DNA of 64,000 nucleotides from an uncultured Chloroflexia bacterium (GTDB taxonomy: Bacteria; Chloroflexota; Limnocylindria; QHBO01), in contig CAWHAZ010000005.1 of the NCBI GenBank assembly GCA_963827475.1, positions 256,001 to 320,000 of the forward strand, given 5' to 3'. Below the pieces are notes generated by a model. It made no database searches, had not been told where the DNA came from, and saw nothing but the letters and a program-made list of their open reading frames with translations. Below are positions 41,728-52,042 of the stretch, in pieces. How positions within the stretch are numbered: position 1 is the stretch's first letter; every line of letters starts with the position of its first letter. The position numbers and the translations under genes are program-made.

Positions 41728-43527
41728 ATGTCCCGATTCACCTCCCTCGCCGCCCTGGCCGTGGCCATGACCTTCCTGCTGGTCGTGGTCGGCGCCATCG
41801 TCCGGGCCACCGACTCCGGGCTCGGGTGCCCGGAATGGCCGACGTGTCACGGCTCGTGGATCCCGCCCCTCGACGATCCCCACGCCATCATCGAGTGGAG
41901 CCACCGGACGGTCGCCGCCCTGACCGGAGCGGTGGTCGCGGTCCTGGCCCTCGTCGCCGTCCTGCGCCACCGGGACCGCCCGGCGCTCGTCGTCGGCAGC
42001 GTGGCCGCCGCCGGCCTGGTCGTCTTCCAGGCCTGGCTGGGCAAGGTCACGGTCGAGAGCGACCTGTCGGGCGAGATCGTCACCGCCCATCTCGCCACGG
42101 CGATGGCCCTGTTCGTGCTCCTGCTGTTCGTCTGGGTCCGCAGCCGGTACCCGCGGTCGCTCCCGGCCGCCGGCGGCTGGAGCGGCTTCACCATCCTCGC
42201 CGCCCTGTCGGCGCTGGGCACGTATGGGTTGATGCTGCTCGGCGCCCATGTCACCGCCACCGGTTCCGCGCTCGTCTTCGACGACTGGCCGTTCATGGAC
42301 GGCGGCCTCTTCCCGGTCCTCGACCCGGGCGTCCTGCCCCACGTCCTGCACCGCTGGGCGACGGTGGCCGTCGGCCTCCTCGTCGCGGGGGTGGTGGTCA
42401 GCTCCCGTCGCGGCCGGGAGCCCGCCCCGCTCCCGACCCTGGCCGTCGCGGCCGGGACGCTGTACCTGGTCCAGATCGTGGTCGGCGGGGCGCAGGTGCT
42501 CACCGGGCTCGCGGCCTGGACCCAGGTCGCCCACGTCGCGCTGGGAACCGCCGTCCTCGGCGTGCTCACCACCCTGGCCATGACCGCGCACTACCTCGGC
42601 CGACTGGCGTCCGCCACGACCACCGATGGCGAGCCGGCCACCGCCCCGCGCGGCGACGTGCTGCGGGCCTACGTCGCGCTCACGAAGCCGCGGATCATCG
42701 AGCTGCTGCTGGTGACCACGGTCCCGACCATGGTCCTGGCCCAGGGCGGCATCCCGCCGCTGCCGCTCATCGGCGCGGTCCTCGTCGGCGGCTCGCTGGC
42801 GGCCGGCGGCGCGAACGCGATCAACCAGTATCTCGACCGCGACATCGACGAGCGCATGCGCCGGACCCGGAACCGGCCGCTCCCGCGCCACGCGGTGAGC
42901 CCGCGGGCGGCGCTGATCTTCGGCCTCGTCCTGAGCGTCGCCTCGTTCGCGTGGCTGACCCTGACCGTCAACCTGCTCAGCGCGCTGCTGGCGGCGAGCG
43001 CGATCGTCTTCTACGCGGTCGTGTACACCGCCGTCCTGAAGCGGTCCACGCCGCAGAACATCGTCATCGGCGGCGCGGCCGGATGCGTGCCGGTCCTCGT
43101 GGCCTGGGCCGCGGTCACGAACACCGTCGGCCTGCCGGCGCTCGTCCTGTTCGCGGTGATCTTCGTCTGGACCCCACCCCACTTCTGGGCCCTCGCCCTG
43201 CGCTATCGGTCCGACTACGAGGCGGCCGGCGTCCCGATGCTGCCCGTGGTGAGCGGCGAGGTGGAGACGGCCCGCCAGATCCTGCTCTACTCGCTCGTCC
43301 TGGTGGCGGTCAGCCTGGTCCTGCTGCCGGCGGCCGGCATGGGCCTGCTGTACCTCGTCGCCGCCATCGGTCTCGGCGCGGGCTTCGTCGTATGGGCGCT
43401 CCGCGTGCGACGCTCACCCGGCGCCGGGCCATCGGCCATCGGGCTGTTCCGCTACTCGACCCTGTACCTGACCCTGCTGTTCATCGCGGTCGCGGCCGAC
43501 ACCCTGGTCCGGGCCGCCATCGGCTGA
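41728..43527 (+). CDS. Fused heme A synthase (CtaA) / protoheme IX farnesyltransferase (CtaB)
   Basis: SGLGCPEWPTC, EWSHR, then ALTKPRI, DRDIDERMRRT.NRPLP, LKRSTPQNIVIGG, WTPPHFWAL. Confidence 0.92.
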   Translation: MSRFTSLAALAVAMTFLLVVVGAIVRATDSGLGCPEWPTCHGSWIPPLDDPHAIIEWSHRTVAALTGAVVAVLALVAVLRHRDRPALVVGSVAAAGLVVFQAWLGKVTVESDLSGEIVTAHLATAMALFVLLLFVWVRSRYPRSLPAAGGWSGFTILAALSALGTYGLMLLGAHVTATGSALVFDDWPFMDGGLFPVLDPGVLPHVLHRWATVAVGLLVAGVVVSSRRGREPAPLPTLAVAAGTLYLVQIVVGGAQVLTGLAAWTQVAHVALGTAVLGVLTTLAMTAHYLGRLASATTTDGEPATAPRGDVLRAYVALTKPRIIELLLVTTVPTMVLAQGGIPPLPLIGAVLVGGSLAAGGANAINQYLDRDIDERMRRTRNRPLPRHAVSPRAALIFGLVLSVASFAWLTLTVNLLSALLAASAIVFYAVVYTAVLKRSTPQNIVIGGAAGCVPVLVAWAAVTNTVGLPALVLFAVIFVWTPPHFWALALRYRSDYEAAGVPMLPVVSGEVETARQILLYSLVLVAVSLVLLPAAGMGLLYLVAAIGLGAGFVVWALRVRRSPGAGPSAIGLFRYSTLYLTLLFIAVAADTLVRAAIG

Positions 43528-43530
43528 GGG

Positions 43531-44568
43531 TCAGCCGGACTCGAGCGAGGCCTGACGGGCCGTCTCCGCATCCTGCCGCGCTTCGTCCCGGGCCGTCCGC
43601 CGCTCCTCCTGGCGGACCCAGGCCACGATCACCAGCAACATGGCGAGCAGGAACGTGAGGTCGCCCCAGACCCACATCAGGGTCCCCGCCGCCTGCTGGT
43701 CGACCAGGGGGTCCGGCCCCCAGTCCCGCTGGAGAGTGGCGTAGTGCGGGTAGAGGACCGCGGCGGCGTTCATGATCGCGACGCCGAGGAACGAGTTCTG
43801 GGGCATGGCGAGGAACAGGTAGAACAGCCGGACGGGGTAGGGGAGACGCCACGGGCCCGGGTCGGCGCCGATGACCGGGAACCAGAACAGGAGCGCGACC
43901 CCGAACAGGGTGGCGTGCTGGACGACGTGGACCCACTCGACCTCCAGGGCGTAGTCGTACAGGTCGGAGAAGTGCCAGCCCCAGTTCACGGCCGCGAACA
44001 GGAACCACGCGAGCAGCGGGAAGGTGAGAACGCGGACGACGCGGCTGTGCAGGACGGCGAGAAGGGTCCGCCGCATGTCCTGGTCGACCGCGCGCAGGAC
44101 GAGGGTGACCGGGGCCGCCAGCAGGAGGAGCGGCGCGGCGACGAACTGGAGGAGCAGGTGCTGGAGCATGTGCACCGTGAGCAGCGCGCCCGAGTAGGTT
44201 TCCACCGGCGACAGGAGCGCGATCACCACCGCCGCCAGCCCGCCGCCCCAGGCCCAGTGGCGGTAGCGCGGGACGGGATTCCGCGGGTGCCGGAGGGCCA
44301 CCCGTCGGGCGAGCCACCAATAGCCGACCGCGGCGACGACGACCGCCGCAAGGGGCAATGGGTTGAACGTCCAGGCCAGCAGCACCCCCGGCCAGGTCGG
44401 GGCGGGCGGCACCGGGCCGTGGGCAAACGCCACCATCGGGCCCGCCAAGCCTGCGGTGTACACTCCCACACCGGCCAGCAGCCCGGCGCCCACCGGGCGC
44501 GAGGACCGCGGCATGCGGGCCGAGCTCATCGGGCCATTCTGGTTCATCCGGTCTGGAACCACACCCAC
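43531..44568 (-). CDS. ctaG: Cytochrome c oxidase assembly factor CtaG (caa3 type)
   Basis: HMLQHLLL...APLLLL, WHFSDLY, DQQAAGTLMW; start may be downstream. Confidence 0.85.
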   Translation of the reverse strand: MGVVPDRMNQNGPMSSARMPRSSRPVGAGLLAGVGVYTAGLAGPMVAFAHGPVPPAPTWPGVLLAWTFNPLPLAAVVVAAVGYWWLARRVALRHPRNPVPRYRHWAWGGGLAAVVIALLSPVETYSGALLTVHMLQHLLLQFVAAPLLLLAAPVTLVLRAVDQDMRRTLLAVLHSRVVRVLTFPLLAWFLFAAVNWGWHFSDLYDYALEVEWVHVVQHATLFGVALLFWFPVIGADPGPWRLPYPVRLFYLFLAMPQNSFLGVAIMNAAAVLYPHYATLQRDWGPDPLVDQQAAGTLMWVWGDLTFLLAMLLVIVAWVRQEERRTARDEARQDAETARQASLESG

Positions 44569-44588
44569 TCAGGAGACGTCTGACGCTC

Positions 44589-45485
44589 ATGACACGACCC
44601 GGCCGCGCGCTGCTCGCCGGCCTTGCGGTTCTCGTTCTGCTGACCGGTTGCAGCCTCTCGAGCCAGCCGCCCGGCGGCGGGTTGGTCGTGCATCCTGGCG
44701 GGAACGCGGTGGTCATCCGGATCGAGCACACCGGCGGCCTCGTGCCCTACGAGACCCTCTTCACCAACCTGCCGGCGTTCACCGTCGCGGGTGACGGCCG
44801 GGTGATCGTCCAGGGGCCATTTTCCGAGGTCTACCCCGGGCCGGCGCTGCCCAACGTCCTCGTCCGTCGCCTCACCGAGGAGGGGATCCAGTCGCTGATC
44901 CAGCGCGTCACCGAGACCGGGCTGTTCGAGGAGAGCCAATCGTTCACCGCGGCCAACGAGATGGTCGCCGACGCCCACACCACCGTCTTCACGCTCCGCG
45001 CCGACAGCCGCGAGGTCCTCGTCGACGTCTACGCGCTCGGCCTGCTGTCGGACCCGGAGGTGTCGGCCAACGTCCTGGAAAGCGAGATCGCCGCCCACCA
45101 GGCACTGACCACGCTCGAAGGCGAGCTCCTGGACCTGGAGTCGTGGATCCCCGCCGACGACTGGGCGGACGCCGAGTGGCAGCCCTACGTCCCGACCGCC
45201 TTCCGCCTGCTCGTCTCCAACATGGACGACGTCGAGCCCCTGCCCGAGGATCCGGAGCCGATGCCGTGGCCCGGCAGCACGCCGCCCGACGAGCTCGGCG
45301 AGCTGAGCTCGGTCCAGGGCGTTCGGTGCGGGCTGGTCATGGGCGAGGAGGCCGCCACCTGGTACGCGGCCCTGCAGGACGCGACCCAGGCGACGCGCTG
45401 GCTCCACGGCGGCCACGAGTACCGCGTGACCCCGCGCCCGCTGCTCCCCGACGAGACCCTCGACTGCGGTCCCGCCCCGCTCTGA
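44589..45485 (+). CDS. Hypothetical lipoprotein
   Basis: AGGAG SD; lipobox LLTGC. Confidence 0.7.
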   Translation: MTRPGRALLAGLAVLVLLTGCSLSSQPPGGGLVVHPGGNAVVIRIEHTGGLVPYETLFTNLPAFTVAGDGRVIVQGPFSEVYPGPALPNVLVRRLTEEGIQSLIQRVTETGLFEESQSFTAANEMVADAHTTVFTLRADSREVLVDVYALGLLSDPEVSANVLESEIAAHQALTTLEGELLDLESWIPADDWADAEWQPYVPTAFRLLVSNMDDVEPLPEDPEPMPWPGSTPPDELGELSSVQGVRCGLVMGEEAATWYAALQDATQATRWLHGGHEYRVTPRPLLPDETLDCGPAPL

Positions 45486-45491
45486 CATCGG

Positions 45492-45497
45492 TACAAT
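45492..45497 (+). promoter_or_regulatory. Putative -10 element (TACAAT) of oxidase operon
   Basis: Near-consensus hexamer about 105 nt upstream of coxB. Confidence 0.45.
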
Positions 45498-45601
45498 GAC
45501 CGCCGTGCCGCGGTCGAGCGTCGTCGACCGGTTGGCCTGATCGGGGCGCGTCCCGGCGTCGGTCCGAAGCGCCTTCCATACAGGAGCGACTCGTCGGTCT
45601 G

Positions 45602-46654
45602 ATGCGAGCACGAACCCCTCATCGGTGGCGGACGGCCCTGATCCGCCTGCTCGCCGTCGCGCTGCCGTCGCTGCTGCTGGCGGGCTGCATCTTCCCGCCC
45701 GAGCCGGCGACGACCGAGGCCGACGAAGTCCGGACCCTGTTCCTGGTCATCTTCTTCCTCGGCGCGGTGGTCTTCATCGGGGTGGAGGGCTTCCTGCTGT
45801 ACGCCGTCTTCCGCTACCGCCGGCGCGACGACCGGCTGCCGGTCCAGCACCACGGCAACAGGAAGGTCGAGATCGTGTGGACGGTGATCCCGACCATCAT
45901 CGTGCTCATCCTCTTCGTGACCAGCATGATCACCCTGGGCAACATCAGCGCCCGAAGCGACGACGCGCTGGTGATCGAGGTCGAGGGCCAGCAGTTCTCG
46001 TGGTCGTTCCGCTACGACAACGGCTACACCGTGGTCGCCGACCCGCCGGACCCGCCGGCGATGGTCGTTCCAGTTGGCCAACCAATCCGGCTGATCCTCC
46101 GCAGCGACGACGTCATCCATTCGTTCTTCGTGCCGGCGTTCCTGACGAAGATGGATGTCATTCCATTCGGCCAGGACCAGCGGCCGAACGAGCTGGAGTT
46201 CACCGTCACCGAGCCGGGCACCTACCGCGGCCAATGCGCGGAGTTCTGCGGCGATCTGCACGCCGACATGACCTTCACCGTGCAGGCGATGCCGCCGGCC
46301 GAGTTCGCGACCTGGCTGGAGGAAGCGTCCGCCGCGACGCCCCCGCCGCCGGAACCGTCCATCCCGCCGGACATCCACGTCGTGGAGCTCAGCGCCGAGG
46401 ACATCGCCTTCGACCGCCTCGACCTGGAAGTGCCCGCCGGCGAGCCGTTCGTGATCCGCTTCACCAACCTCGAGGATGTCGTCCACAACGTTTCCGTCTA
46501 TGACGACGACACCACGATCTTCGAGGGGCCCGAGGTCACCGGCCCGGACGCGACCATCGATTACCTCATCCCGGCGCTCGAGCCGGGGGAGTACCTCTAC
46601 ATCTGCGACTTCCACCCGATCCCGCAGATGACCGGTACCCTGACCGCGAACTAG
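45602..46654 (+). CDS. coxB: Cytochrome c oxidase subunit II with fused C-terminal type-1 copper cupredoxin
   Basis: Lipobox LAGC, 2 TMs, EIVWT, DVIHSF, CAEFCGDLHADM (CuA); Pro linker; HNV...CDFHPIPQM. Confidence 0.93.
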   Translation: MRARTPHRWRTALIRLLAVALPSLLLAGCIFPPEPATTEADEVRTLFLVIFFLGAVVFIGVEGFLLYAVFRYRRRDDRLPVQHHGNRKVEIVWTVIPTIIVLILFVTSMITLGNISARSDDALVIEVEGQQFSWSFRYDNGYTVVADPPDPPAMVVPVGQPIRLILRSDDVIHSFFVPAFLTKMDVIPFGQDQRPNELEFTVTEPGTYRGQCAEFCGDLHADMTFTVQAMPPAEFATWLEEASAATPPPPEPSIPPDIHVVELSAEDIAFDRLDLEVPAGEPFVIRFTNLEDVVHNVSVYDDDTTIFEGPEVTGPDATIDYLIPALEPGEYLYICDFHPIPQMTGTLTAN

Positions 46655-46671
46655 GAGCAGCACCGACACCG

Positions 46672-48354
46672 ATGGCGACGACCACCCTGGCACCCGAGGG
46701 CAAGGCGGCCTACGAGCGTTCGTGGGTCCTTGACTGGCTGACCACGGTCGACCACAAGAAGATCGGCGTCCTGTACATCGTCAACTCGTTCGTCTTCTTC
46801 TTCTTCGCCGGGCTGCTGGCGCTGGTGATCCGCAGCGAGCTCGCTGTCCCGGGCCTCCAGTTCGTCGACGAGAGCACGTTCAACCAGTCGTTCACGATGC
46901 ACGGGACGTTGATGATCTTCCTGTTCATCGTCCCGATCTTCTCCGGGTTCGGGAACTACGTCGTCCCGCTCATGCTCGGCGCGCCGGACATGGCCTTCCC
47001 GAGGATCAACGCCCTGTCGTTCTGGATGCTGCCGCTCGGCGGGCTGCTGATCATCTCCGGCTACCTGGTCGGCGGCGCCGCGGCGGGCGGCTGGACCGGC
47101 TACAACCCGCTGACCCAGGAGAACTTCTCGCCGGGCGACGGCACCGACCTGTGGATCATGGGCCTGGCGGTGGTCGGCACCGCGTCCATCCTCGGATCGG
47201 TCAACTTCCTGACCACCATCTTCAAGATGCGGGCCCCGGGGATGACCCTGTTCCGGATGCCGATCTTCGTGTGGACCGTGCTCGTCACCCAGTCACTCAT
47301 CCTGCTCGCCACCCCGGTCATCACCGCCGCCCTGATCGCCCTGTTCATCGACCGCAACTACGGTGGGTCGTTCTTCGACCCATCGGTCGGTGGCGACCCG
47401 GTCCTGTGGCAGCACCTGTTCTGGTTCTTCGGCCACCCGGAGGTCTACATCGTCATCCTGCCGGCGCTCGGCGTCGTGAGCGAGGTGCTGCCGACGTTCA
47501 GCCGCAAGCCGCTGTTCGGGTATCACGCCTTCGTGTGGGCCACCATCGGCATCGGTCTGCTCTCATTCAGCGTCTGGGCCCACCACATGTTCACCACCGG
47601 CGTGGTGTTCCTCCCGTTCTTCACGTTCATGACCGCCCTGATCGCGATCCCGACCGGGGTGAAGATGTTCAACTGGCTGGCCACCCTGTGGCGCGGGTCC
47701 CTGGTGTTCACGACCGCCATGCTGTTCGGGCTCGGCATCGTCAGCATGTTCCTGATCGGCGGCATCAGCGGGGTGATGCTGGCCTCGGCCCCGGTCGACT
47801 TCCACCTCCAGGACACGTACTTCGTGGTCGCCCACCTGCACTACGTGTTCTTCGGGGGCGCGGCGATGGGCGTCTTTGCGGCGACGTACTACTGGTTCCC
47901 GAAGATGAGCGGCCGCCTCCTGAACGAGACGCTGGGCAAGATCCATTTCGCGATGCTGTTCGTCGGGTTCAACGCGACGTTCTTCGTCCAGCACATGCTC
48001 GGCATCCAGGGCATGCCCCGCCGGGTGGCCGACTACGCGGCCGATGCGGGCTGGACCGAGATGAACCTCATCTCGACGGTGGGCGCGTTCCTGATCGCGG
48101 CGTCGATGGTGCCGTTCGTCGTGAACGTCGTCACCTCGCTGATGAACGGGCCGAAGGCGGGCGACGACCCGTGGGAGGGCAACACCCTGGAGTGGGCCAC
48201 CACCTCGCCACCGCCGACCTACAACTTCGACAGCCTGCCGCCGATCCGCAGCGAGCGGCCGGTCTTCGACCTCCGGCACCGCGATGACCCGATGTTCCAC
48301 CCCGAGCTGGCCCATGCGAAACCGGCCACCACCTCGGAGGGTTCGGACCGATGA
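46672..48354 (+). CDS. ctaD: Cytochrome c oxidase subunit I, A1 type
   Basis: DHKKIG, APDMAFPRIN, GHPEVY, WAHH, PTGVK, VAHLH, MPRR. Confidence 0.97.
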   Translation: MATTTLAPEGKAAYERSWVLDWLTTVDHKKIGVLYIVNSFVFFFFAGLLALVIRSELAVPGLQFVDESTFNQSFTMHGTLMIFLFIVPIFSGFGNYVVPLMLGAPDMAFPRINALSFWMLPLGGLLIISGYLVGGAAAGGWTGYNPLTQENFSPGDGTDLWIMGLAVVGTASILGSVNFLTTIFKMRAPGMTLFRMPIFVWTVLVTQSLILLATPVITAALIALFIDRNYGGSFFDPSVGGDPVLWQHLFWFFGHPEVYIVILPALGVVSEVLPTFSRKPLFGYHAFVWATIGIGLLSFSVWAHHMFTTGVVFLPFFTFMTALIAIPTGVKMFNWLATLWRGSLVFTTAMLFGLGIVSMFLIGGISGVMLASAPVDFHLQDTYFVVAHLHYVFFGGAAMGVFAATYYWFPKMSGRLLNETLGKIHFAMLFVGFNATFFVQHMLGIQGMPRRVADYAADAGWTEMNLISTVGAFLIAASMVPFVVNVVTSLMNGPKAGDDPWEGNTLEWATTSPPPTYNFDSLPPIRSERPVFDLRHRDDPMFHPELAHAKPATTSEGSDR

Positions 48355-48951
48355 GCACCCACGCGTCCGCCGCCCAGGCACCGACCCGCCGCCAGGGTGG
48401 GTTCCCGATCCCGCTGGTCGGGATGCTGCTGTTCATCAGCTCGGAGGTGATGTTCTTCGGCGGCCTGTTCGCCACCTACTTCTCGGCCCGCGCCTCGTTC
48501 GCCGGCGAGTGGGGACCCCCGCCACCGGCCCCGGAGCTGGAGTTCTTCCCGCTTCCGGTGCCGATCACGATCATCCTGCTCGATCTCCAGCTTCACGATG
48601 CATTTCGGCGTGCGAGCCATCGCCCGCGGCAACTCCGGCCGACTCCGCATGTGGCTGCTCATCACCCTCGGCCTCGGCATCGTGTTCCTCATCGGACAGG
48701 TGATCGACTACACCACGCTGGGCTTCGGGATCTCCGACGGCGTGTTCGGGACGGTCTTCTACACCCTGACCGGCTTCCACGGCGCGCACGTCTTCGGCGG
48801 CGTGGTCGGCCTCACCATCCTCGCCGTCCGGGCCGGCGCCGGGCAGTTCTCGGCCCGCAACCACGTGGCTGTCGAAGCGGTGAGCTACTACTGGCACTTC
48901 GTGGACGCCGTCTGGATCGCCCTGTTCACGACCCTGTACGTCCTCGGCTGA
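48351..48951 (+). CDS. ctaE: Cytochrome c oxidase subunit III (indel near 48582)
   Basis: FISSEVMFFGGLF; other frame TGFHGAHV, YWHFVD. Confidence 0.92.
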
Positions 48952-48958
48952 CCGACCG

Positions 48959-49303
48959 ATGAACGACCAGCTGATCGGCTACGCCCTCCTCGCCCTGGCA
49001 GTCGTGGCCGTGGCCGCGGTCGTGGCCGGCGCGGCTCGCGGCCGCGCTGGTGGGCCACTCCATCCGCCGCCGGGCGTCCACGTCCCGCCCGGCAGCTGGC
49101 TGCCAATCCTGTGGGCGGTGGCCGGCGGCCTCGTCGGCGCGGGCCTGGCTTTCAAGCCCGAGGACCAGCTGTTGAACTGGCTGTTCGCCATCCCAGGCTT
49201 CGCCTTGATCGTCGTCTCTGCCGTCCTCTCGGTGCGGGTGGCCGGCCGCGAGTGGCGCGACACCGAGCAGGGGTCGCACGACGAGGGCGCGACCCACCAC
49301 TGA
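48959..49303 (+). CDS. Probable oxidase subunit IV (CtaF-like) small membrane protein
   Basis: HVPPGSWLP motif, 3 TMs, position after subunit III. Confidence 0.65.
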   Translation: MNDQLIGYALLALAVVAVAAVVAGAARGRAGGPLHPPPGVHVPPGSWLPILWAVAGGLVGAGLAFKPEDQLLNWLFAIPGFALIVVSAVLSVRVAGREWRDTEQGSHDEGATHH

Positions 49304-49328
49304 GGCCGGGCACATCCGCCAGATCGAT

Positions 49329-49878
49329 CTGACCCGTCTGCCGCGCTGGTGGCTGGCCGTTGCCGCGCTGATCCCCCTGGGGTTGGTCGTCGTCCTGCTG
49401 CTGGTCTCGGGCGGCGGTGCGGGCCTGCTGACCCCGGCCCTGCGCGTCGGGGACCGCGCGCCGGACTTCGCCCTGGCCGACCTCGACGGTCGTCCGGTGC
49501 GGCTCGACGACTACGCCGGACAGCCGGTCCTGCTCAACTTCTGGGCCTCGTGGTGCCTGCCCTGTGTCGAGGAGTTCCCGCTCTTCGACGCGGCGCTGGA
49601 GGCGCACGCCGACGACGGGCTGGCCGTGGTCGGGATCGTGTACCGTGACCGCTCCGAGGCGGCTCGCGCCTTCGCCGAGCAGCTCGGGGCCGACTGGCCG
49701 CTGGTGATGGATCCCGGCGAGGCGGTGGCCCGGGCCTACGGCGTGTACGGGCCGCCGGAGAGTTGGCTGATCGGATCCGACGGGCGCGTCGTCAGCCGCC
49801 AGATCGGGCCGTATTCCGCGGACGAGCTGGAGGCTCGAGCTCGACGGACTGTTCGGCGCCGCGACAGACGAGGAGTGA
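49329..49878 (+). CDS. TlpA/ResA-family membrane thioredoxin (indel near 49838)
   Basis: N-terminal TM, APDFAL, NFWASWCLPC, YGVYGPPES; start approximate. Confidence 0.85.
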
Positions 49879-49886
49879 CGAACCGG

Positions 49887-50087
49887 ATGGACGCCAACCT
49901 TCCCGCCACCACCGAGCAATCCGCCGTCCCCGCCATCCCCGACGCCGCGGTCGAGCCCGCTCCCGCGCCGCGGCCGCGGCAGAACGTCACCACCGGCCTG
50001 TTCCCGCTGGCCCTCGGCGTCCTCGTCATCGCCTTCGCCGCACTCGCCCTGTGGACGCTGATGGCGACCGCCGGCGCGGGCTCGTAG
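49887..50087 (+). CDS. Small membrane protein
   Basis: AGGAG SD, ATG, single C-terminal TM; fused to TlpA in the ORF track only through the indel. Confidence 0.5.
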   Translation: MDANLPATTEQSAVPAIPDAAVEPAPAPRPRQNVTTGLFPLALGVLVIAFAALALWTLMATAGAGS

Positions 50088-50175
50088 GGGCCGGAAGAAA
50101 CCCTCGCCACGGGGTATCGGACTCGGTAGGATGCGCGGCAGCCGTCGTCGACGGCGCGTAGGAGAGGAGATCCGG

Positions 50176-50667
50176 ATGCGCCCACCCGTCGTTCGGCGCC
50201 GCCCGCGCCGACTGGTCACTCCCGTGGCGGTGGCCACGGCCCTTGCGCTGCTGATGACCGCATGCGTCAGCGGGGACGGCGGGGGCGGCGGGGGAGGTGA
50301 CGGCGACACCGGCTACGTCCTGCGGGTGCTGATGATCAACGCCCACACCGATCCGCACACCCTGAGCTACTCCGGTGGGGCGCCGCTGCCCAGCAGCGAG
50401 GACGGCGAGACCGCCGAATCGTGCACCGCGATCATCGTGGACTACACCTTGACGGTGCCGTTCGAGATCCTGGTTGACGGGGTGCCGGTGATGATCTCCG
50501 ACGAGCTGCCCGAGGGCGTGCCCCAGGACGGTCAGACGGACCTCATCGCGGTGATCGATATCCTCGAGGACGGTACCGCCCAGCCGAGCCAGAACCAGTC
50601 GAGCGGAGGAGCCCTCGAGCCGGGACGGCAGGTCGGGAAGCCGGCCGCGGTCTCGATCTGCACTTAG
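50176..50667 (+). CDS. Hypothetical lipoprotein
   Basis: GAGGAG SD, basic N-terminus, LLMTAC lipobox, Gly linker. Confidence 0.6.
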   Translation: MRPPVVRRRPRRLVTPVAVATALALLMTACVSGDGGGGGGGDGDTGYVLRVLMINAHTDPHTLSYSGGAPLPSSEDGETAESCTAIIVDYTLTVPFEILVDGVPVMISDELPEGVPQDGQTDLIAVIDILEDGTAQPSQNQSSGGALEPGRQVGKPAAVSICT

Positions 50668-51905
50668 GCCGAGGTGGCGACTCCGGGGTACCGGGCGGCG
50701 ACGTACTCGTCGAGGATCTGGAGGAAGCGGGGGACGATGTCGTCGCCGCGCAGGGTCGTGCGCAGGGCGCCGTCCACGTAGACCGGGGCCACCGGCTCCT
50801 CGAACGTGCCCGGCAGGCTGATCCCGATGTCCGCGTGACGGCTCTCGCCCGGGCCGTTGACCACACAGCCCATGACCGCCACCCGCAGGTCCTCGACGCC
50901 GGGGTGGGCGGCCTTCCAGACCGGCATCTGGTCGCGGAGATGGGCCTGGATGTCGCGCGCCATCTCCTGGAAGAAGGTCGAGGTCGTCCGACCGCAGCCC
51001 GGGCAGGCCGACACCTGGGGCACGAACGAGCGAAGGCCGAGCGACTGGAGCACCTGCTGGGCCACCTGGACCTCCTCGGTCCGGTCGCCGCCCGGGGCGG
51101 GAGTCAGGCTGACCCGGATCGTGTCGCCGATCCCCTCCTCGAGCAGGATGGCCAGCCCGGCGGTGGAGCCGATGATCCCCCGCGCCCCCATGCCCGCCTC
51201 GGTCAGGCCCAGGTGCAGGGGGTAGTCGCAGCGCGCCGCCAGGAGCCGGTAGATCTCGACCAGGTCCGGGACGCCGCTGACCTTGGCGCTGATGATGATC
51301 CGGTCGTGGCCGAGCCCCGTCTCCTCGGCCAGCGCCGCCGAGCGGAGGGCCGACTCGAGCATGGCCTCGATCATCACGTCCCGGCTGTCCCGGGGCTCCG
51401 GGCTCGCGGCATTGGCGTCCATCAGCTCGGTCAGCAGCTGCTGGTCCAGGGACCCCCAGTTCACCCCGATCCGCACCGGCCGATCGTTGGCGATGGCGAC
51501 CTCGATGATCGTGCGGAACTGCTCGTCGCGTCGCTTGGTGCCCACGTTGCCCGGGTTGATCCGGTACTTCGCCAGCGCGGCCGCGCAGTCGGGGTACTTC
51601 GTCAGGAGGAGGTGCCCGTTGTAGTGGAAGTCACCGATGAGCGGCACACCCACGCCGAGCTTGTCGAGCTTGTCGCGAATGACCGGGACCGCCTTCGCCG
51701 CGTCATCGGTGTTGACCGTCACCCGCACCAGCTCGGAGCCGGCGTGCGCCAGCTGGGCGACCTGGATGGCAGTCGCGTCCGCATCGGCGGTGTCGGTGTT
51801 CGTCATCGACTGGACCACGATCGGGTGGTCCGATCCGACGAGGACACCGCCGACGTCGACGGTGGGCGTCGCGCGGCGGGGCGCCGCGCCGAAAGGATCG
51901 GGCAT
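50664..51905 (-). CDS. ispG: HMBPP synthase
   Basis: [57 protein letters not shown]. Confidence 0.97.
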   Translation of the reverse strand: MPDPFGAAPRRATPTVDVGGVLVGSDHPIVVQSMTNTDTADADATAIQVAQLAHAGSELVRVTVNTDDAAKAVPVIRDKLDKLGVGVPLIGDFHYNGHLLLTKYPDCAAALAKYRINPGNVGTKRRDEQFRTIIEVAIANDRPVRIGVNWGSLDQQLLTELMDANAASPEPRDSRDVMIEAMLESALRSAALAEETGLGHDRIIISAKVSGVPDLVEIYRLLAARCDYPLHLGLTEAGMGARGIIGSTAGLAILLEEGIGDTIRVSLTPAPGGDRTEEVQVAQQVLQSLGLRSFVPQVSACPGCGRTTSTFFQEMARDIQAHLRDQMPVWKAAHPGVEDLRVAVMGCVVNGPGESRHADIGISLPGTFEEPVAPVYVDGALRTTLRGDDIVPRFLQILDEYVAARYPGVATSA

Positions 51906-51965
51906 GGTTCGCGGTCGAGTGTACCGATGGCGGCCGGGGACCGATCGTTCCACGCCCGTTCTTAC

Positions 51966-51994
51966 TTGCGTACTTGCGCAACTACTGATACGCT
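51966..51994 (+). promoter_or_regulatory. Putative sigma70-type promoter of trxB
   Basis: TTGCGT-N17-TACGCT with TG extension. Confidence 0.55.
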
Positions 51995-52042
51995 GACACC
52001 GGTTCCGCGCATGAGGCGCGGGCTAGACTGCGACCCGAGGAC

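Noticed and set aside
41728..43527. CtaA-CtaB fusion as novelty
   Set aside because: Such fusions are already known in several lineages
49383..50087. TlpA fused to a C-terminal TM peptide; likewise 57177-60230 and 54384-55697 long ORFs
   Set aside because: Artefacts of indels or upstream shadow frames; real starts have SD or GTGA/ATGA overlaps
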